DNA from: a virus
Lineage: Duplodnaviria; Caudoviricetes
Virus record (IMG/VR): IMGVR_UViG_3300045599_000040
Span: 8,158 to 72,157 of that record
DNA length: 64,000 bases
Direction: 5' to 3' (one strand)
Positions within the stretch are counted from its first letter, which is position 1; every line of letters begins with the position of its first letter. The notes under the pieces are model-generated. The model saw only the letters and a list, made by a program, of their open reading frames with translations. It had not been told where the DNA came from and made no database searches. The position numbers and the translations under genes were made by a program. Of this stretch, positions 47,557 through 57,851 are shown piece after piece.

Positions 47557-49506
47557 TCATTCAATGAAATCCCAATCAGTAATAACTTTTTTTTGTTTTA
47601 CACATTCACAAGTCATGATACTAGGATTGATTGGTAATGAAAATCTTTCAAGTAAGTATTTACCTTCAACACTGTTTTCTTCATCAACTATTTCAATTAT
47701 TTCTCCAGCATCATGTATGTAATTAGGAGTAATACTTAAACTAACTCTTTCAGCGTATTGCAATCGATGCATTAATTCATACTTTGCTCGCCATTTACAC
47801 TCGTCATCTGTAGTTAATAATCCGTCAGGATTTCCATTGTTATGAAAGTATGTAAGTGTTCCAATTTTTTGAATTGAATAGGGATTTCCTCTCCATATAG
47901 GATTTTCTTCATCAACAATTATTTCAAAAGAGCTAATAGCCGTTTGCCCAGAACCACCTAGAACAATTATATGATTTGCTAATTCAGTCTCGTCAAACTT
48001 TCTAATATTACCTGTATAAAATTTTTCATTGGGATCGTTATAGCGATAAAACCAATGAATAGGTTCATTATCATATGCATCTAAGTCAATTTTTTTAAAT
48101 CTAAGATAACCAAACACATCGTAATAGATTATCCCTTTTGCTAATAAACTTAATTCTTCTAATGCTTTATATATATTGTCACCAGCCTGATAAGTAAGAG
48201 TATAGGGGACTGTTTCAGTTATTTCGTCAAAGTTAAAAAGGGTTTCTCCAGACTTCATTGCGATTAATTTTAATGCTTCACCAATATTCAATCCTTCTTC
48301 AAGAGTAGTCTCATAAATGAATTTCCCTCTTCGGTCAGTCATTAACCACATTTTATCCTGACCAGTAATAACTGTTTTCTTTCCATCTGCTGTATGGGAA
48401 TCTTGTGGTTCAGAAATAATAAAAACTCCTTGGGGAGCATATTCAACACTGCCATCAGGAAGTTTTAATCCTATATACAGCTTTACACGTTTATCAATCC
48501 AAATTAAATTATTTTCTCCCCAATCAAATAGATTGTTATTGTTATTTAAACTAAAAGAGAATGTTCTTCGAACAGGTCTTCGTAAATCAACACTTACTTC
48601 TCCAAGATCTTTTTCACTTACTTCTTTTGTAAATTCACTTATATAGCTCATGTTGGAGTCATAAAACTCTAGTTTCACAAACAATTTCTTAGTTGAAGAT
48701 TGCATGACTCTAATAAAATCTTGGCTAACAGGGATAGACCCAATAAGAGTAGTTGGAGATTTATCTGGAGAGTCCTCTGAATAATCTACTGTGAACGTTC
48801 CAGTTTTAGTATCAGTTTTTGATCCAATGCTATCTTCTGCCCAAACATAAACTAAATGAGGTGTATGAGAGGTTAGTACGCCTGTTATTTCTTTTAAATC
48901 ATCAAACAACTTACCATTTTTGTATACTAAACGTTTATTAAAACTATTTTCAGTGCCACTTGAAATTATAGTTGTTAGTACACCCTCAAAGACATTATCT
49001 ATTTTATACTTGATAGTAATTACATTACCAACATAAGAGTCAAAAATCTTACCGCTAATATTTAGTGTCATCCCATCTTTTAACTCTACATCATCTGGAG
49101 AAGCTAACTCTATAGTAGGGGGGTGGTACTCAAAAATTTCAAAGTTGCTTTTATATGACGCATTTTGGGTTTTGTTATCAACTGATTTTATAGTGAAATT
49201 TTGTTTTACAGAAAAAAGGGCTGATTGATTAACTGATAAATTTACATTATCTCCATTATCAACAATAATGTATGGGGATTCAGTAAAGCCCCCAGAAGGA
49301 GTGAATCCTAGATTCCTAATAAAAACCTTATCTCCAATTTTAAGGGGGAAATTAGTAACAGTATATTTATGACCACCACTTCTTGCGTAGCTATGCTCTA
49401 CAAGCATTGTGCTTGACCTTGGGGTATTTTGTTCATACTGAACATATTCTAGAGTATTACTTACATATCTAGCCATTACAGTGCCATTCAATTTTTGCGC
49501 AGACAA
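47557..49506 (-). CDS. Baseplate hub-like tail protein with N-terminal extension
   Basis: VRRTFSFSL, PQGVFII, ITGQDK, YYDVFGYL, NHIIVLG; position in tail module. Confidence 0.6.
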   Translation of the reverse strand: MSAQKLNGTVMARYVSNTLEYVQYEQNTPRSSTMLVEHSYARSGGHKYTVTNFPLKIGDKVFIRNLGFTPSGGFTESPYIIVDNGDNVNLSVNQSALFSVKQNFTIKSVDNKTQNASYKSNFEIFEYHPPTIELASPDDVELKDGMTLNISGKIFDSYVGNVITIKYKIDNVFEGVLTTIISSGTENSFNKRLVYKNGKLFDDLKEITGVLTSHTPHLVYVWAEDSIGSKTDTKTGTFTVDYSEDSPDKSPTTLIGSIPVSQDFIRVMQSSTKKLFVKLEFYDSNMSYISEFTKEVSEKDLGEVSVDLRRPVRRTFSFSLNNNNNLFDWGENNLIWIDKRVKLYIGLKLPDGSVEYAPQGVFIISEPQDSHTADGKKTVITGQDKMWLMTDRRGKFIYETTLEEGLNIGEALKLIAMKSGETLFNFDEITETVPYTLTYQAGDNIYKALEELSLLAKGIIYYDVFGYLRFKKIDLDAYDNEPIHWFYRYNDPNEKFYTGNIRKFDETELANHIIVLGGSGQTAISSFEIIVDEENPIWRGNPYSIQKIGTLTYFHNNGNPDGLLTTDDECKWRAKYELMHRLQYAERVSLSITPNYIHDAGEIIEIVDEENSVEGKYLLERFSLPINPSIMTCECVKQKKVITDWDFIE

Positions 49507-49519
49507 TTAAATCACCCCC

Positions 49520-50392
49520 TTATGAATTCATGAAGTTATCATAATCATCAATCTCTAGTAAATCCAATGTGATTTCTAAATAATCAAAACCATTCCATAC
49601 ATTAAGTGGTTGACTCGTTCTTAAATTTGATACATCACAAACAAAAATACGACCATCTCCTGATTTTACAATCATAGGAATGTGTTTTTGAACAAACATC
49701 TGAAGCACTTTCTTATATTCCTTACCTGATCTGTCAAACTCAGAAGGAATGAGTACAGTTGAAAGCGAGAATGTAGTATATTCTTTATTGGTGTAATAAA
49801 CTTGAGGGTATTTATTCAGCGTCTCAAGAACAACTCGACCTTGATTCAATTGAGTATCAACATTTCCTACAGATCCAATAGCCTTATCAAAACTAAGCGT
49901 TGTATTAGCTGTTTTATCAACAATCCACCAACCAGTAAAATCCGAACTAGCTGTTACTTCATTAGGTAATCCTTCGATATTATTTTCTCCTATAGGCGTA
50001 ATCGAATAAATAAACTCATCATGTGGCTGTGTAATATCTAACCACTCGAACCTAGTGTTATTTACAAAATCCTTATACCCAAGTGTAAATGCATTTATTT
50101 CTCCTACATTTCTTCTTTTAATTGCAAATTTGATAATTTTCAAGTTTGAATTTTGTACGTTACCACCTTCAAGAGAGCCATCTGCAAAATCAAATAATGC
50201 TAAAGTATCTATTTGCCAAGGTTCTTTTTTATTTTCCATGCCAATATCGACACGACTTCTGACGTGAACTTCATCAAAAATTGCATTTTTCATTTCAATA
50301 TAATTCATTTTTCTTACTGGTGGAGTAGTTGAACGGAAATAACTTTCATAACCATAGAATGAAAGACCCATTAATGGAAGCAATTTTGTCAC
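49520..50392 (-). CDS. Tail/baseplate structural protein
   Basis: Position in tail module; beta-rich sequence. Confidence 0.55.
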   Translation of the reverse strand: MTKLLPLMGLSFYGYESYFRSTTPPVRKMNYIEMKNAIFDEVHVRSRVDIGMENKKEPWQIDTLALFDFADGSLEGGNVQNSNLKIIKFAIKRRNVGEINAFTLGYKDFVNNTRFEWLDITQPHDEFIYSITPIGENNIEGLPNEVTASSDFTGWWIVDKTANTTLSFDKAIGSVGNVDTQLNQGRVVLETLNKYPQVYYTNKEYTTFSLSTVLIPSEFDRSGKEYKKVLQMFVQKHIPMIVKSGDGRIFVCDVSNLRTSQPLNVWNGFDYLEITLDLLEIDDYDNFMNS

Positions 50393-50463
50393 CTCTCAAA
50401 TCAAAAATGGAACAGTCTAAAATTTTAGATTTTAGACTGTTCCATTATAAATATTGTTATATT

Positions 50464-50988
50464 TTAACTCTCTTTCCAAACTCCATCTACCTTACCCCAT
50501 ATACCCTCAATATTCTTCCAAACACCATCTACTTTTACCCAACCATTATCGCCTTCTTTCCAAACATCATCAATTTTCACCCTGATATCAGAAAATGCAG
50601 GGCCAACTAAAACATACCAATATCCACCTTGGATACCGTTGTTGGGGTATGTTCCTTGTTCAGCTATTACATTCTCGATAAAGCTTCCTCTAGATCTAGA
50701 AGATGTTTGATAGGAAGTCGTTGAATGTTGTTCCCATGTAGTACTATTAATCCACCCATCTCTGAATAGAACAGATCCTTGCAGAAGATAAACATAACCG
50801 CTTTGACCAGTATTCCGTGTAACATAAGATCCAGTTAGAGTAATTTGTCCAGTGCTAGAATTTAACGAATACGATGTGTATCCAGCAATTGGTGGTGATG
50901 TACTTGTTCCAGAAGATCGAAATGTCCAAGGGTTTAGGGTGTAGTAGTAAGAAGTATTGATGCTATATTTTCTCCATATATACCTCAT
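50464..50988 (-). CDS. Tail fibre-associated protein
   Basis: Ser/Thr/Gly/Tyr-rich; GTYPNNGIQGGYWYV; VKVDGVWK repeats. Confidence 0.6.
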   Translation of the reverse strand: MRYIWRKYSINTSYYYTLNPWTFRSSGTSTSPPIAGYTSYSLNSSTGQITLTGSYVTRNTGQSGYVYLLQGSVLFRDGWINSTTWEQHSTTSYQTSSRSRGSFIENVIAEQGTYPNNGIQGGYWYVLVGPAFSDIRVKIDDVWKEGDNGWVKVDGVWKNIEGIWGKVDGVWKES

Positions 50989-51000
50989 ATTACATCACCC

Positions 51001-53394
51001 CTAAGCCTTATACTTTATCCAGATATCGCCATTTTCACCATCAGCGCTTGCTGGATTAGCAGTGGAAAGGATAATATTACGTACCTGTTTAGTAGTGTAA
51101 TCAGTGTTATTTTGTGCAGTTAAGATGCCAGTCATGGTTCCACCGTTTATAGGTACAGATGCATTTCTTGCAGCATCAGCTTTTGCTTGTGCTCCTTCTG
51201 GTGTTTCTACTCCTGGTGGGACTGTTATTGTATTAGTGCCTTTATCTCTGATACCTGAAATGATTCCTGCCTCAAACAAATCATTGTTTGCAATAAAATT
51301 ATTCTCGCTACCAAAATCTATATATATTCCAAAGTCTTGCTTAACATCTCCATATCCAGCACGAAACGTGTTATTTTGTATATTAAAGTTTTTTGCTCCC
51401 ATTAGTAAAATACCTGAATATAAAACAAAACCATCGTTAATTTGACCATTTCCTATAATGAAGTTGCCAGAAATGACTGTATTTGCTCCTCCTAATACAT
51501 GAATCCCATTTTTCAAGCTACCCTCAATATGATTATTAGCAATGATATTGTCAGTGTTGTTGATATGTGGAATATAAATACCCATATTCCCTACATTAGA
51601 AATTTTATTCCCAATAATAGTATTCCTAGACCCTCCTAGATTAATACCATTTCCAGTAGCAGTGTTTGATATGATATTTGCACTGACAACTGTGTCATGA
51701 CAAGCAGCTATGACTATTCCATGACTAGTTGTATTCTTTATAACATTTCCAGTAATTAAATTGTGTTTAATTTGATTATCGGTGGTTCCTGACAAATAGA
51801 TTCCCGTTCCTTCAGAATCATCAATTATATTATTACTAAAAACGTTTTCAGAGTTTTTATTAGATATTGTTATTCCATTGTTGGAGAGATTTTTAAAATT
51901 GCTACCATTCACAGTAAGTCGCGAAGTGTCACTCAATCCCACCCCCCTATAAAGGTTTGAAAAATAACTACTGTCTATCCGAATATCTGTCGATTTTTCT
52001 GAATACACACCGTATGTCATGTTACTTTTAAATATACAGTTGCTTACCTGGATCTGCGCAGCATTCTTAATATTTATTCCACCTTGTCTTCTAGATAATG
52101 TAGTATTTCCATCGACAAGTATATTCTTAATTCCCACACTTTCAACCTCTACAATATCAAAGGCATATCCAGTTATAGCATCTTGTACATGTTTGACAAC
52201 TGTTCCTGTACCCATACCCTCCAAAATTACATTTGAGATTAAAACAATAGGTGCATTAATGTTATAAGTCCCTTCCATCAGAACTACTTTCCCACCATAG
52301 GAGGGGAGAGAGTTGATAGCTGCGTTAATGGTATCTTGGGCGTTATCTGCATCGTCAGGTACAATAAAGTCAGCACCTGCTTTGGATTTTTCGCTACTAT
52401 TGTTGGCTGCTACTACGACAGTTACTGACCGTGAAGTGCTAGATTCTATCCATTTACTACCGTTCCAATATTTAAATTTAGGCATATTTGGAATGCCAAT
52501 ATCCAACCAAATTTGATTTGCAATAGGAGATGGCGGAGGAGAGACGTTTACATAGACTTTATCTGCTAGCACCCAATATTCTGGATCTGTCGGTAAATTA
52601 CCAGTTGTAACTTTTTTAGCATAAAATATTTGGTTAGCATATACCACACCATCACCAACTTGATAGGTGGTTGAGTTATTGTAGTCACCTTTTAATGTAA
52701 CAGCAACACCTGCATCTCCTTTATCTCCTTTGCGAGAAAGAAGTCGCCAATAAGGATCAGTGTTGTCACCAATAGGTGTTTTGTTTAACGAATCTCTCTT
52801 GGCAATATAAACGTTTCCATTGAATTCAACCATGTTTTTTTGATAGTAAGCAATTTCTGGTGAATATGTGCCAACATCATCAAATTGATCTATTTCCGCA
52901 TCTAATTCGCCTTTTTTTAGATCTACGAAATTAGTAAAATCTTCTTGTTTTTGTACTATGTAACCTTCCACATTATTTTTAATAAACATTTGCATATTCG
53001 CTAATGCACTTTGCAACTTATTCCAATCATCTGGAAGAATTATTTTATCTCTTAAAGTATTTGTAAGTTGATTTAATTCATCATCCTCGGCAGGTGTACG
53101 ATTTGTTTTTAAAGTCAAATCTGTATATCTTTGAACTAATGGACGATCACTCGCTTGAATATTTGTGTGGGTGATAAAATCGTCAATACTATTTGGAAAA
53201 TTACTATTCGCATTAAGCACTCCCCAATAAGTTGTATCTCTATTAGGATTTGGCTCTTGTGGATTATCACTATTATGATCTGTAATACAACAAAATGAAC
53301 GTGTTGATTCATTGGTTGATCTTTTATACACAACAACATCTAATTTTTTATAACTTTTGGCTGGATCATAAGAACCTCTAAAATTATAATTCAA
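51001..53394 (-). CDS. Tail fibre/spike with right-handed beta-helix (putative depolymerase)
   Basis: Y-x6-Y CBM-like repeats, GDKGDAG, TINAAINSL...GGKVVLMEGTY, many ISNNII/ITGNVI repeats. Confidence 0.8.
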   Translation of the reverse strand: MNYNFRGSYDPAKSYKKLDVVVYKRSTNESTRSFCCITDHNSDNPQEPNPNRDTTYWGVLNANSNFPNSIDDFITHTNIQASDRPLVQRYTDLTLKTNRTPAEDDELNQLTNTLRDKIILPDDWNKLQSALANMQMFIKNNVEGYIVQKQEDFTNFVDLKKGELDAEIDQFDDVGTYSPEIAYYQKNMVEFNGNVYIAKRDSLNKTPIGDNTDPYWRLLSRKGDKGDAGVAVTLKGDYNNSTTYQVGDGVVYANQIFYAKKVTTGNLPTDPEYWVLADKVYVNVSPPPSPIANQIWLDIGIPNMPKFKYWNGSKWIESSTSRSVTVVVAANNSSEKSKAGADFIVPDDADNAQDTINAAINSLPSYGGKVVLMEGTYNINAPIVLISNVILEGMGTGTVVKHVQDAITGYAFDIVEVESVGIKNILVDGNTTLSRRQGGINIKNAAQIQVSNCIFKSNMTYGVYSEKSTDIRIDSSYFSNLYRGVGLSDTSRLTVNGSNFKNLSNNGITISNKNSENVFSNNIIDDSEGTGIYLSGTTDNQIKHNLITGNVIKNTTSHGIVIAACHDTVVSANIISNTATGNGINLGGSRNTIIGNKISNVGNMGIYIPHINNTDNIIANNHIEGSLKNGIHVLGGANTVISGNFIIGNGQINDGFVLYSGILLMGAKNFNIQNNTFRAGYGDVKQDFGIYIDFGSENNFIANNDLFEAGIISGIRDKGTNTITVPPGVETPEGAQAKADAARNASVPINGGTMTGILTAQNNTDYTTKQVRNIILSTANPASADGENGDIWIKYKA

Positions 53395-53396
53395 AT

Positions 53397-54434
53397 TTAT
53401 TCACCTTCTTCTTTAATTATGGATTCTGCATAAACATTGCAATCTAGGTCAATTTGCTGCAAACAAACAAAAAAAGAGTCTCCCAAAACTGGTTGACTAC
53501 GCCAGGAACTTACTATTGTGTTATTATTTAAATATTTATAAAGATAAAAACGACTATCAACAGCATCATATTGCAACTTAAAATATCCGTTATCTCCTTG
53601 AAGAGTAAGCAAATCAACTTTGCTAAGTGGTTTATCGATCCACATTTTAATAGTAAATGTTTTATCTACGGAAAACCCTTCATCAGTCCATACTCGACAT
53701 CCATTTGTTAAATCAATCCCTTTTTCTTCAAGAAACGGGGGAGGGTCACAAGAAGACTTTAAAATAATTTGTATGACATTCCAAGATAAATTAATTCCTG
53801 CAACTTCTGGAACGGGAGCAGCAATCAAACTTACATTTACTTTAGGTTGGGTGTACAAAACACTAAACATGACTTTCCCTGTAGTGTTTGTTAGTCCCTT
53901 ATTGCTAGTTACTTGAAACTCGATGTAATAATCTTTTTCACTAGATAAATTTGAAAATAAAAACTCAATTGTTGATTGGGTTTTTATCCCTGATTGCCCA
54001 ATTATACTTTTTTCTGAGTTGTATAAAATACAGTTCCATGAACGAAGTGGTATATCTTCAGCTTGTGAGTACACTGCACTAAAATTGTACGATGGAGCAC
54101 TTACCACATCGATTGGAGATAGTGTAATAATTGGTCTTGATGAAGTTTGGAAGATAACAAAGTCTGATGCAATAGATTTTCCAGCTTCATTGTAAATAGT
54201 AACTTGCCATTTAAATTCCATATTATTGTTTAAAACAAAAGATGGAAGTAAATAGCTGTTTGCGTAACTGTTAGTTTTATCTAATGACCATACTATTTCA
54301 TTGTCTGTATTGTTAAATATCTTAATTTCAAACGCTATTTGTACGTCACCTGAAACACTCCAAGAAAAAATGTTGTCTTCATTAGCATCAATAGCAACTC
54401 CACCTGTTGGAGACAGGTTATAAGGTTTTTGCAA
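53397..54434 (-). CDS. Tail structural protein (Ig/FN3-like)
   Basis: FSWSV, FKWQVTIYN, YYIEFQVT; follows the tape measure. Confidence 0.6.
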   Translation of the reverse strand: MQKPYNLSPTGGVAIDANEDNIFSWSVSGDVQIAFEIKIFNNTDNEIVWSLDKTNSYANSYLLPSFVLNNNMEFKWQVTIYNEAGKSIASDFVIFQTSSRPIITLSPIDVVSAPSYNFSAVYSQAEDIPLRSWNCILYNSEKSIIGQSGIKTQSTIEFLFSNLSSEKDYYIEFQVTSNKGLTNTTGKVMFSVLYTQPKVNVSLIAAPVPEVAGINLSWNVIQIILKSSCDPPPFLEEKGIDLTNGCRVWTDEGFSVDKTFTIKMWIDKPLSKVDLLTLQGDNGYFKLQYDAVDSRFYLYKYLNNNTIVSSWRSQPVLGDSFFVCLQQIDLDCNVYAESIIKEEGE

Positions 54435-54460
54435 GCTACCTTCACCTCCTAAAACAAAGA

Positions 54461-54482
54461 GGTGGGGAGAAATTTCCCCACC
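54461..54482 (-). terminator. Hairpin after the tape-measure gene
   Basis: GGTGGGGA-GAAATT-TCCCCACC. Confidence 0.55.
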
Positions 54483-54486
54483 CTTA

Positions 54487-55428
54487 TTATTTCTTATGCG
54501 AGTTTATAATTTGATTCATTTGCTGCCAAAATTCAGTTGGATTGTTTGCTTTAACAGTTACATCTCCGAAGTGATAATGTTGATCCTGACTAACTATTTG
54601 TGGAACCTGTCTGTTATTTCCTATTTTTAAAACTTGATCAGCAAACATTCTCATACTTCGTGGAAAATTAGTAGCAATATGTTGAGGTGGAATCTGTAAT
54701 TCTCCGATAAGTGACTTAATAACTGTTTCGTTTGCTTGAGTGTTAAACATTTTGTTTGCTATCTGAGTTACTTTAGGGACTGGTTTATTTCCAACAATTC
54801 CACCAGTATGTTTTTTGTTTTTATCTAGCCAATCAGAGATATCTTTAACGACATCTTTTGCTTTATCAACAATTTTTTCTCCTAGATTTTTATCTGCTTT
54901 GTCTTTTTCTTTATCTTTTTTATCTTTATTTACAAAAGTGTCATTATCTACTTTGAGGTAATCTGGCATGTCATCAGGATAATAATATTTTCCATCACCA
55001 GTTGGTTCATATCTACTACCACCACCGCCACCACCTGAAGATGGAGAAGGGGAAGGAGAGGGGGGATTGGCTTTAAGATTATTTAGTGTGCTATATAATT
55101 GCTTGATCTGTTTAACCTGGCTGTCTAGATTTTTAATAAAGCCATCCATTGAACTGATTTGTTCGCCATACCAACTATTCATTAAATCACTATAGGATGC
55201 AGTACCATTCCTTACTTCCTCAATGATCTGATCCCAATGTTCTTCTTCTTTTCTGGCATGGTTTTCTTGTAGTTCAGCTAATTTATCAAGGTGTTCATTT
55301 GTATTTCCAATAAGAAGATTGTATAGTTCTTCTAGTTTTCTAATATATAATTCTTTGCCGCCAATCTCGATTTGATGCAATTTCTCTTTTTCTTCAAGGC
55401 TTTTTTCTTGATCTTCAATTTCTTTATT
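54487..55428 (-). CDS. Tape-measure protein C-terminal segment, cut off by IS21
   Basis: In frame with the upstream TMP once the IS and one target copy are removed (DDLY|NKEIEDQEK); HTGG and YHFGDVTV tail motifs. Confidence 0.85.
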   Translation of the reverse strand, partial: NKEIEDQEKSLEEKEKLHQIEIGGKELYIRKLEELYNLLIGNTNEHLDKLAELQENHARKEEEHWDQIIEEVRNGTASYSDLMNSWYGEQISSMDGFIKNLDSQVKQIKQLYSTLNNLKANPPSPSPSPSSGGGGGGSRYEPTGDGKYYYPDDMPDYLKVDNDTFVNKDKKDKEKDKADKNLGEKIVDKAKDVVKDISDWLDKNKKHTGGIVGNKPVPKVTQIANKMFNTQANETVIKSLIGELQIPPQHIATNFPRSMRMFADQVLKIGNNRQVPQIVSQDQHYHFGDVTVKANNPTEFWQQMNQIINSHKK

Positions 55429-55499
55429 ATAAAGGTGTGTTTGGCAACTAGAAAATGTAGAATTCGGCAACCAATTTATGCATAAGACCTTGCCGTTTT

Positions 55500-56219
55500 T
55501 TATCGCCCCGACAAAGCATGCCGAAGACGGTAACTCTCACCGGAAAACGCCAATATATAAGCATGATGAACTAATCGATCAATAATGGCTGCCGTTAGCC
55601 GGTTATCACCAAATACACTTGTCCATTGTCCAAACTCCAGATTAGATGTAACGATGACGCTGTTTCGTTCATAACAATCAGAGATCAGGTGAAAGAGCAG
55701 TTCCGCGCCATCACGATGGAACGGAACGAAACCTAGCTCATCGAGAATGATCAAGTCACATTGATCTAGTTCCTTCTTAAATCGACCTAGCATCCCAGCC
55801 TGATGCTTATTCTGTAATAAGGAGACGAGTTCGGCTACTCGAAAGAATCGTACATTCATCCCTTGGCGGCATGCTTCAACCCCAAGTGCGGTTGCTAAGT
55901 GGGTTTTCCCCGTACCCACAGCCCCTAACATACACACATTCCGCTTTTGCGTAACGAATGCCAGGGAGGATAATTCCTCGCGTGTAAGATTTGTTGGAAA
56001 CGTAATCGACTCGTATGTATACCCCTCAAAGGTTTTGGGCTGGGTGAAGCGAGCTTTCTTCAGCAAGCGCCGAATCTTGCCGGCTTCTCGTTCCTCCTTC
56101 TCTGCAGATAACACGCCGATCAGAAACTGTTCCTTACTTTCAAATGGAATCTGTTCATAATGATCCATGACATATCCAAGGCGTAACGTTTTGCACAGGC
56201 GTTGCAGCTCTTCCTTCAT
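55500..56219 (-). CDS. istB: IS21 helper ATPase
   Basis: GAVGTGKT, LIILDELG, TSNLEF, AIIDRLVHH. Confidence 0.95.
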   Translation of the reverse strand: MKEELQRLCKTLRLGYVMDHYEQIPFESKEQFLIGVLSAEKEEREAGKIRRLLKKARFTQPKTFEGYTYESITFPTNLTREELSSLAFVTQKRNVCMLGAVGTGKTHLATALGVEACRQGMNVRFFRVAELVSLLQNKHQAGMLGRFKKELDQCDLIILDELGFVPFHRDGAELLFHLISDCYERNSVIVTSNLEFGQWTSVFGDNRLTAAIIDRLVHHAYILAFSGESYRLRHALSGR

Positions 56220-57712
56220 CGAGTCATCACCGCCTGGGTCAACCGATCATACGCGCCAACTTCCGGCTCTATGCCCGCAATGACCGCCGGCGTATAGGTT
56301 TCTGCTATGGGCGAAAAGGAATACTCCGGATGTAGCAAACGGTATAAGCGATGCTCCATTGCCGTTAGATCAGCTGTCGGTTGCTCTAATACTTCATTCA
56401 AGGTTTCCATAGGGTAGGTTTCCAACATCCGCAATAGCCATACTAAGCGTTCTTTTCGGGAACCGTCCGCCCCAAGCAACCATTCCTTCACGGCGCTCGG
56501 CAGTTGTTTGCAAATCGATGCATATTCCAGCGACCGGGGCTTGTAGCGAAAGGGCTGCAGTCTTTCTTTCCAATCGATGGGCACGGATTTATGCATATAC
56601 GGCCGCTGTATGGTTGTTAACTTCTTGTATTCGTGATCAAGAACCTCCGCCTTATCCCAACCGACACGGAGCCATACTTGTTGGCCGGGCTTTACTTCAG
56701 GAACGAAATGAAGCACGTCATCCAGTTTCACCTCTCCATACGAATTGACTTTCACCGGTTCTATGCGAACGGCTTCGAAAGGAATAGTAGGCAATTTCAG
56801 TAATTTTACCGATTCCTCCTCCCATAGCTGTCGGATCTGTGTTCCCTTGTCATGGTGTGGCCGATCCATATCTTTGTCGGCCTCCTTGTCTAAATAAAGC
56901 TGCAGTTCGTTTAGGTTCGCATGGATGGGGATTGGAACACACCAGTTCCGGCGTGTATACCCAACCTTGTTCTCGACATGGCCTTTCTCATTGCCCTTGC
57001 CAGGATTGCAGAATACGGCCTCAAATCGGTAATGCAGGCAAAACCGTTCGAATGCTTCCGTTACCTTTCGCTTGCCTCCAGATTCAACCGAAATGACAGC
57101 GGCTGACAGATTGTCGAACCATAACTTGGTGGGGACCCCTCCAATATGTTCAAATATTCGTTTTAGCCCCTCAAGGAAACATTCTGCATTTTCTGCCGGC
57201 AAGATACACGGAATGGCGGCGTTGCTGTAGGGGAAGGATACAGTCAGTTGTTTCAAAGTCTGTTGCTTTCCATCCAAAATGGCCTCCACCGTACCAAAAT
57301 CGACTTGCCCCTCACCGCCGGGGTGATCGAGCCTTGTGTAAGTTTCTGCTTTCTCCAACTTCAATTCTATCTTTCGCTTGGCGACATAATACCGTACCGT
57401 GCGCTCACTTCCCGTAAACTGATGTTCCTCAACCAGGCGATCGTAAATACGTTTGGCTGTATGACGCTGCTTTCGAGGAGCTGTCTGATCTTCAAGCAAC
57501 CAAGCATCTACAATCTCAACGTAGGGATCCATGATGGGCTGGCGCCTTTTGGGTCGTTCCATTTTCTTGTTCCAGTCTTCTTGATCCGCATATTTCTTGG
57601 CGGTCCGCCAATCGATATTCAGCTTTTTGGCAATTCCGCTAATAGTTTGATCTTCACAATCACGTAAATGTTTGATAAAGTTGATTTGAGCCATTGCTAG
57701 CATTCCTTTCAT
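56216..57712 (-). CDS. istA: IS21 DDE transposase
   Basis: HTH, QVDFG, WFDN, EKGHVE. Confidence 0.95.
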   Translation of the reverse strand: MKGMLAMAQINFIKHLRDCEDQTISGIAKKLNIDWRTAKKYADQEDWNKKMERPKRRQPIMDPYVEIVDAWLLEDQTAPRKQRHTAKRIYDRLVEEHQFTGSERTVRYYVAKRKIELKLEKAETYTRLDHPGGEGQVDFGTVEAILDGKQQTLKQLTVSFPYSNAAIPCILPAENAECFLEGLKRIFEHIGGVPTKLWFDNLSAAVISVESGGKRKVTEAFERFCLHYRFEAVFCNPGKGNEKGHVENKVGYTRRNWCVPIPIHANLNELQLYLDKEADKDMDRPHHDKGTQIRQLWEEESVKLLKLPTIPFEAVRIEPVKVNSYGEVKLDDVLHFVPEVKPGQQVWLRVGWDKAEVLDHEYKKLTTIQRPYMHKSVPIDWKERLQPFRYKPRSLEYASICKQLPSAVKEWLLGADGSRKERLVWLLRMLETYPMETLNEVLEQPTADLTAMEHRLYRLLHPEYSFSPIAETYTPAVIAGIEPEVGAYDRLTQAVMTR

Positions 57713-57851
57713 CCTCTCCTATCTGGTTGTCCCAAACAAGAGAGTAGAGTGTTTATAGGTTTGCTGGCAAGGTTTTTTTTATCACCGGAGCTTCTCCGGG
57801 GCTATGCATTTTTAGGTTACCGAACTCTGTATTTTTATATTGCCATAAACA

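Larger units (their letters stand above)
55436..57851 (-). mobile_element. IS21-family insertion sequence (2416 bp)
   Basis: Imperfect 37-bp terminal IRs (TGTGTTTGGCAA.../...TTGCCATAAACA); 7-bp target duplication ATAAAGG at 55429-55435 and 57852-57858; visibly GC-richer than flanks. Confidence 0.95.

Noticed and set aside
50413-50440. TAAAA-N7-TTTTA within CAGTCTAAAA...TTTTAGACTG as a junction site
   Set aside because: Part of a longer hairpin between tail genes with a different spacer and flank; more likely a terminator or processing stem
55010-55055. PSPSPSPSSGGGGGG low-complexity stretch
   Set aside because: Ordinary flexible linker within the tape-measure C-terminus
54487-55470. 327-aa ORF as an independent gene
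   Set aside because: Its first 12 or so codons derive from the IS end; the rest is the in-frame tape-measure C-terminus
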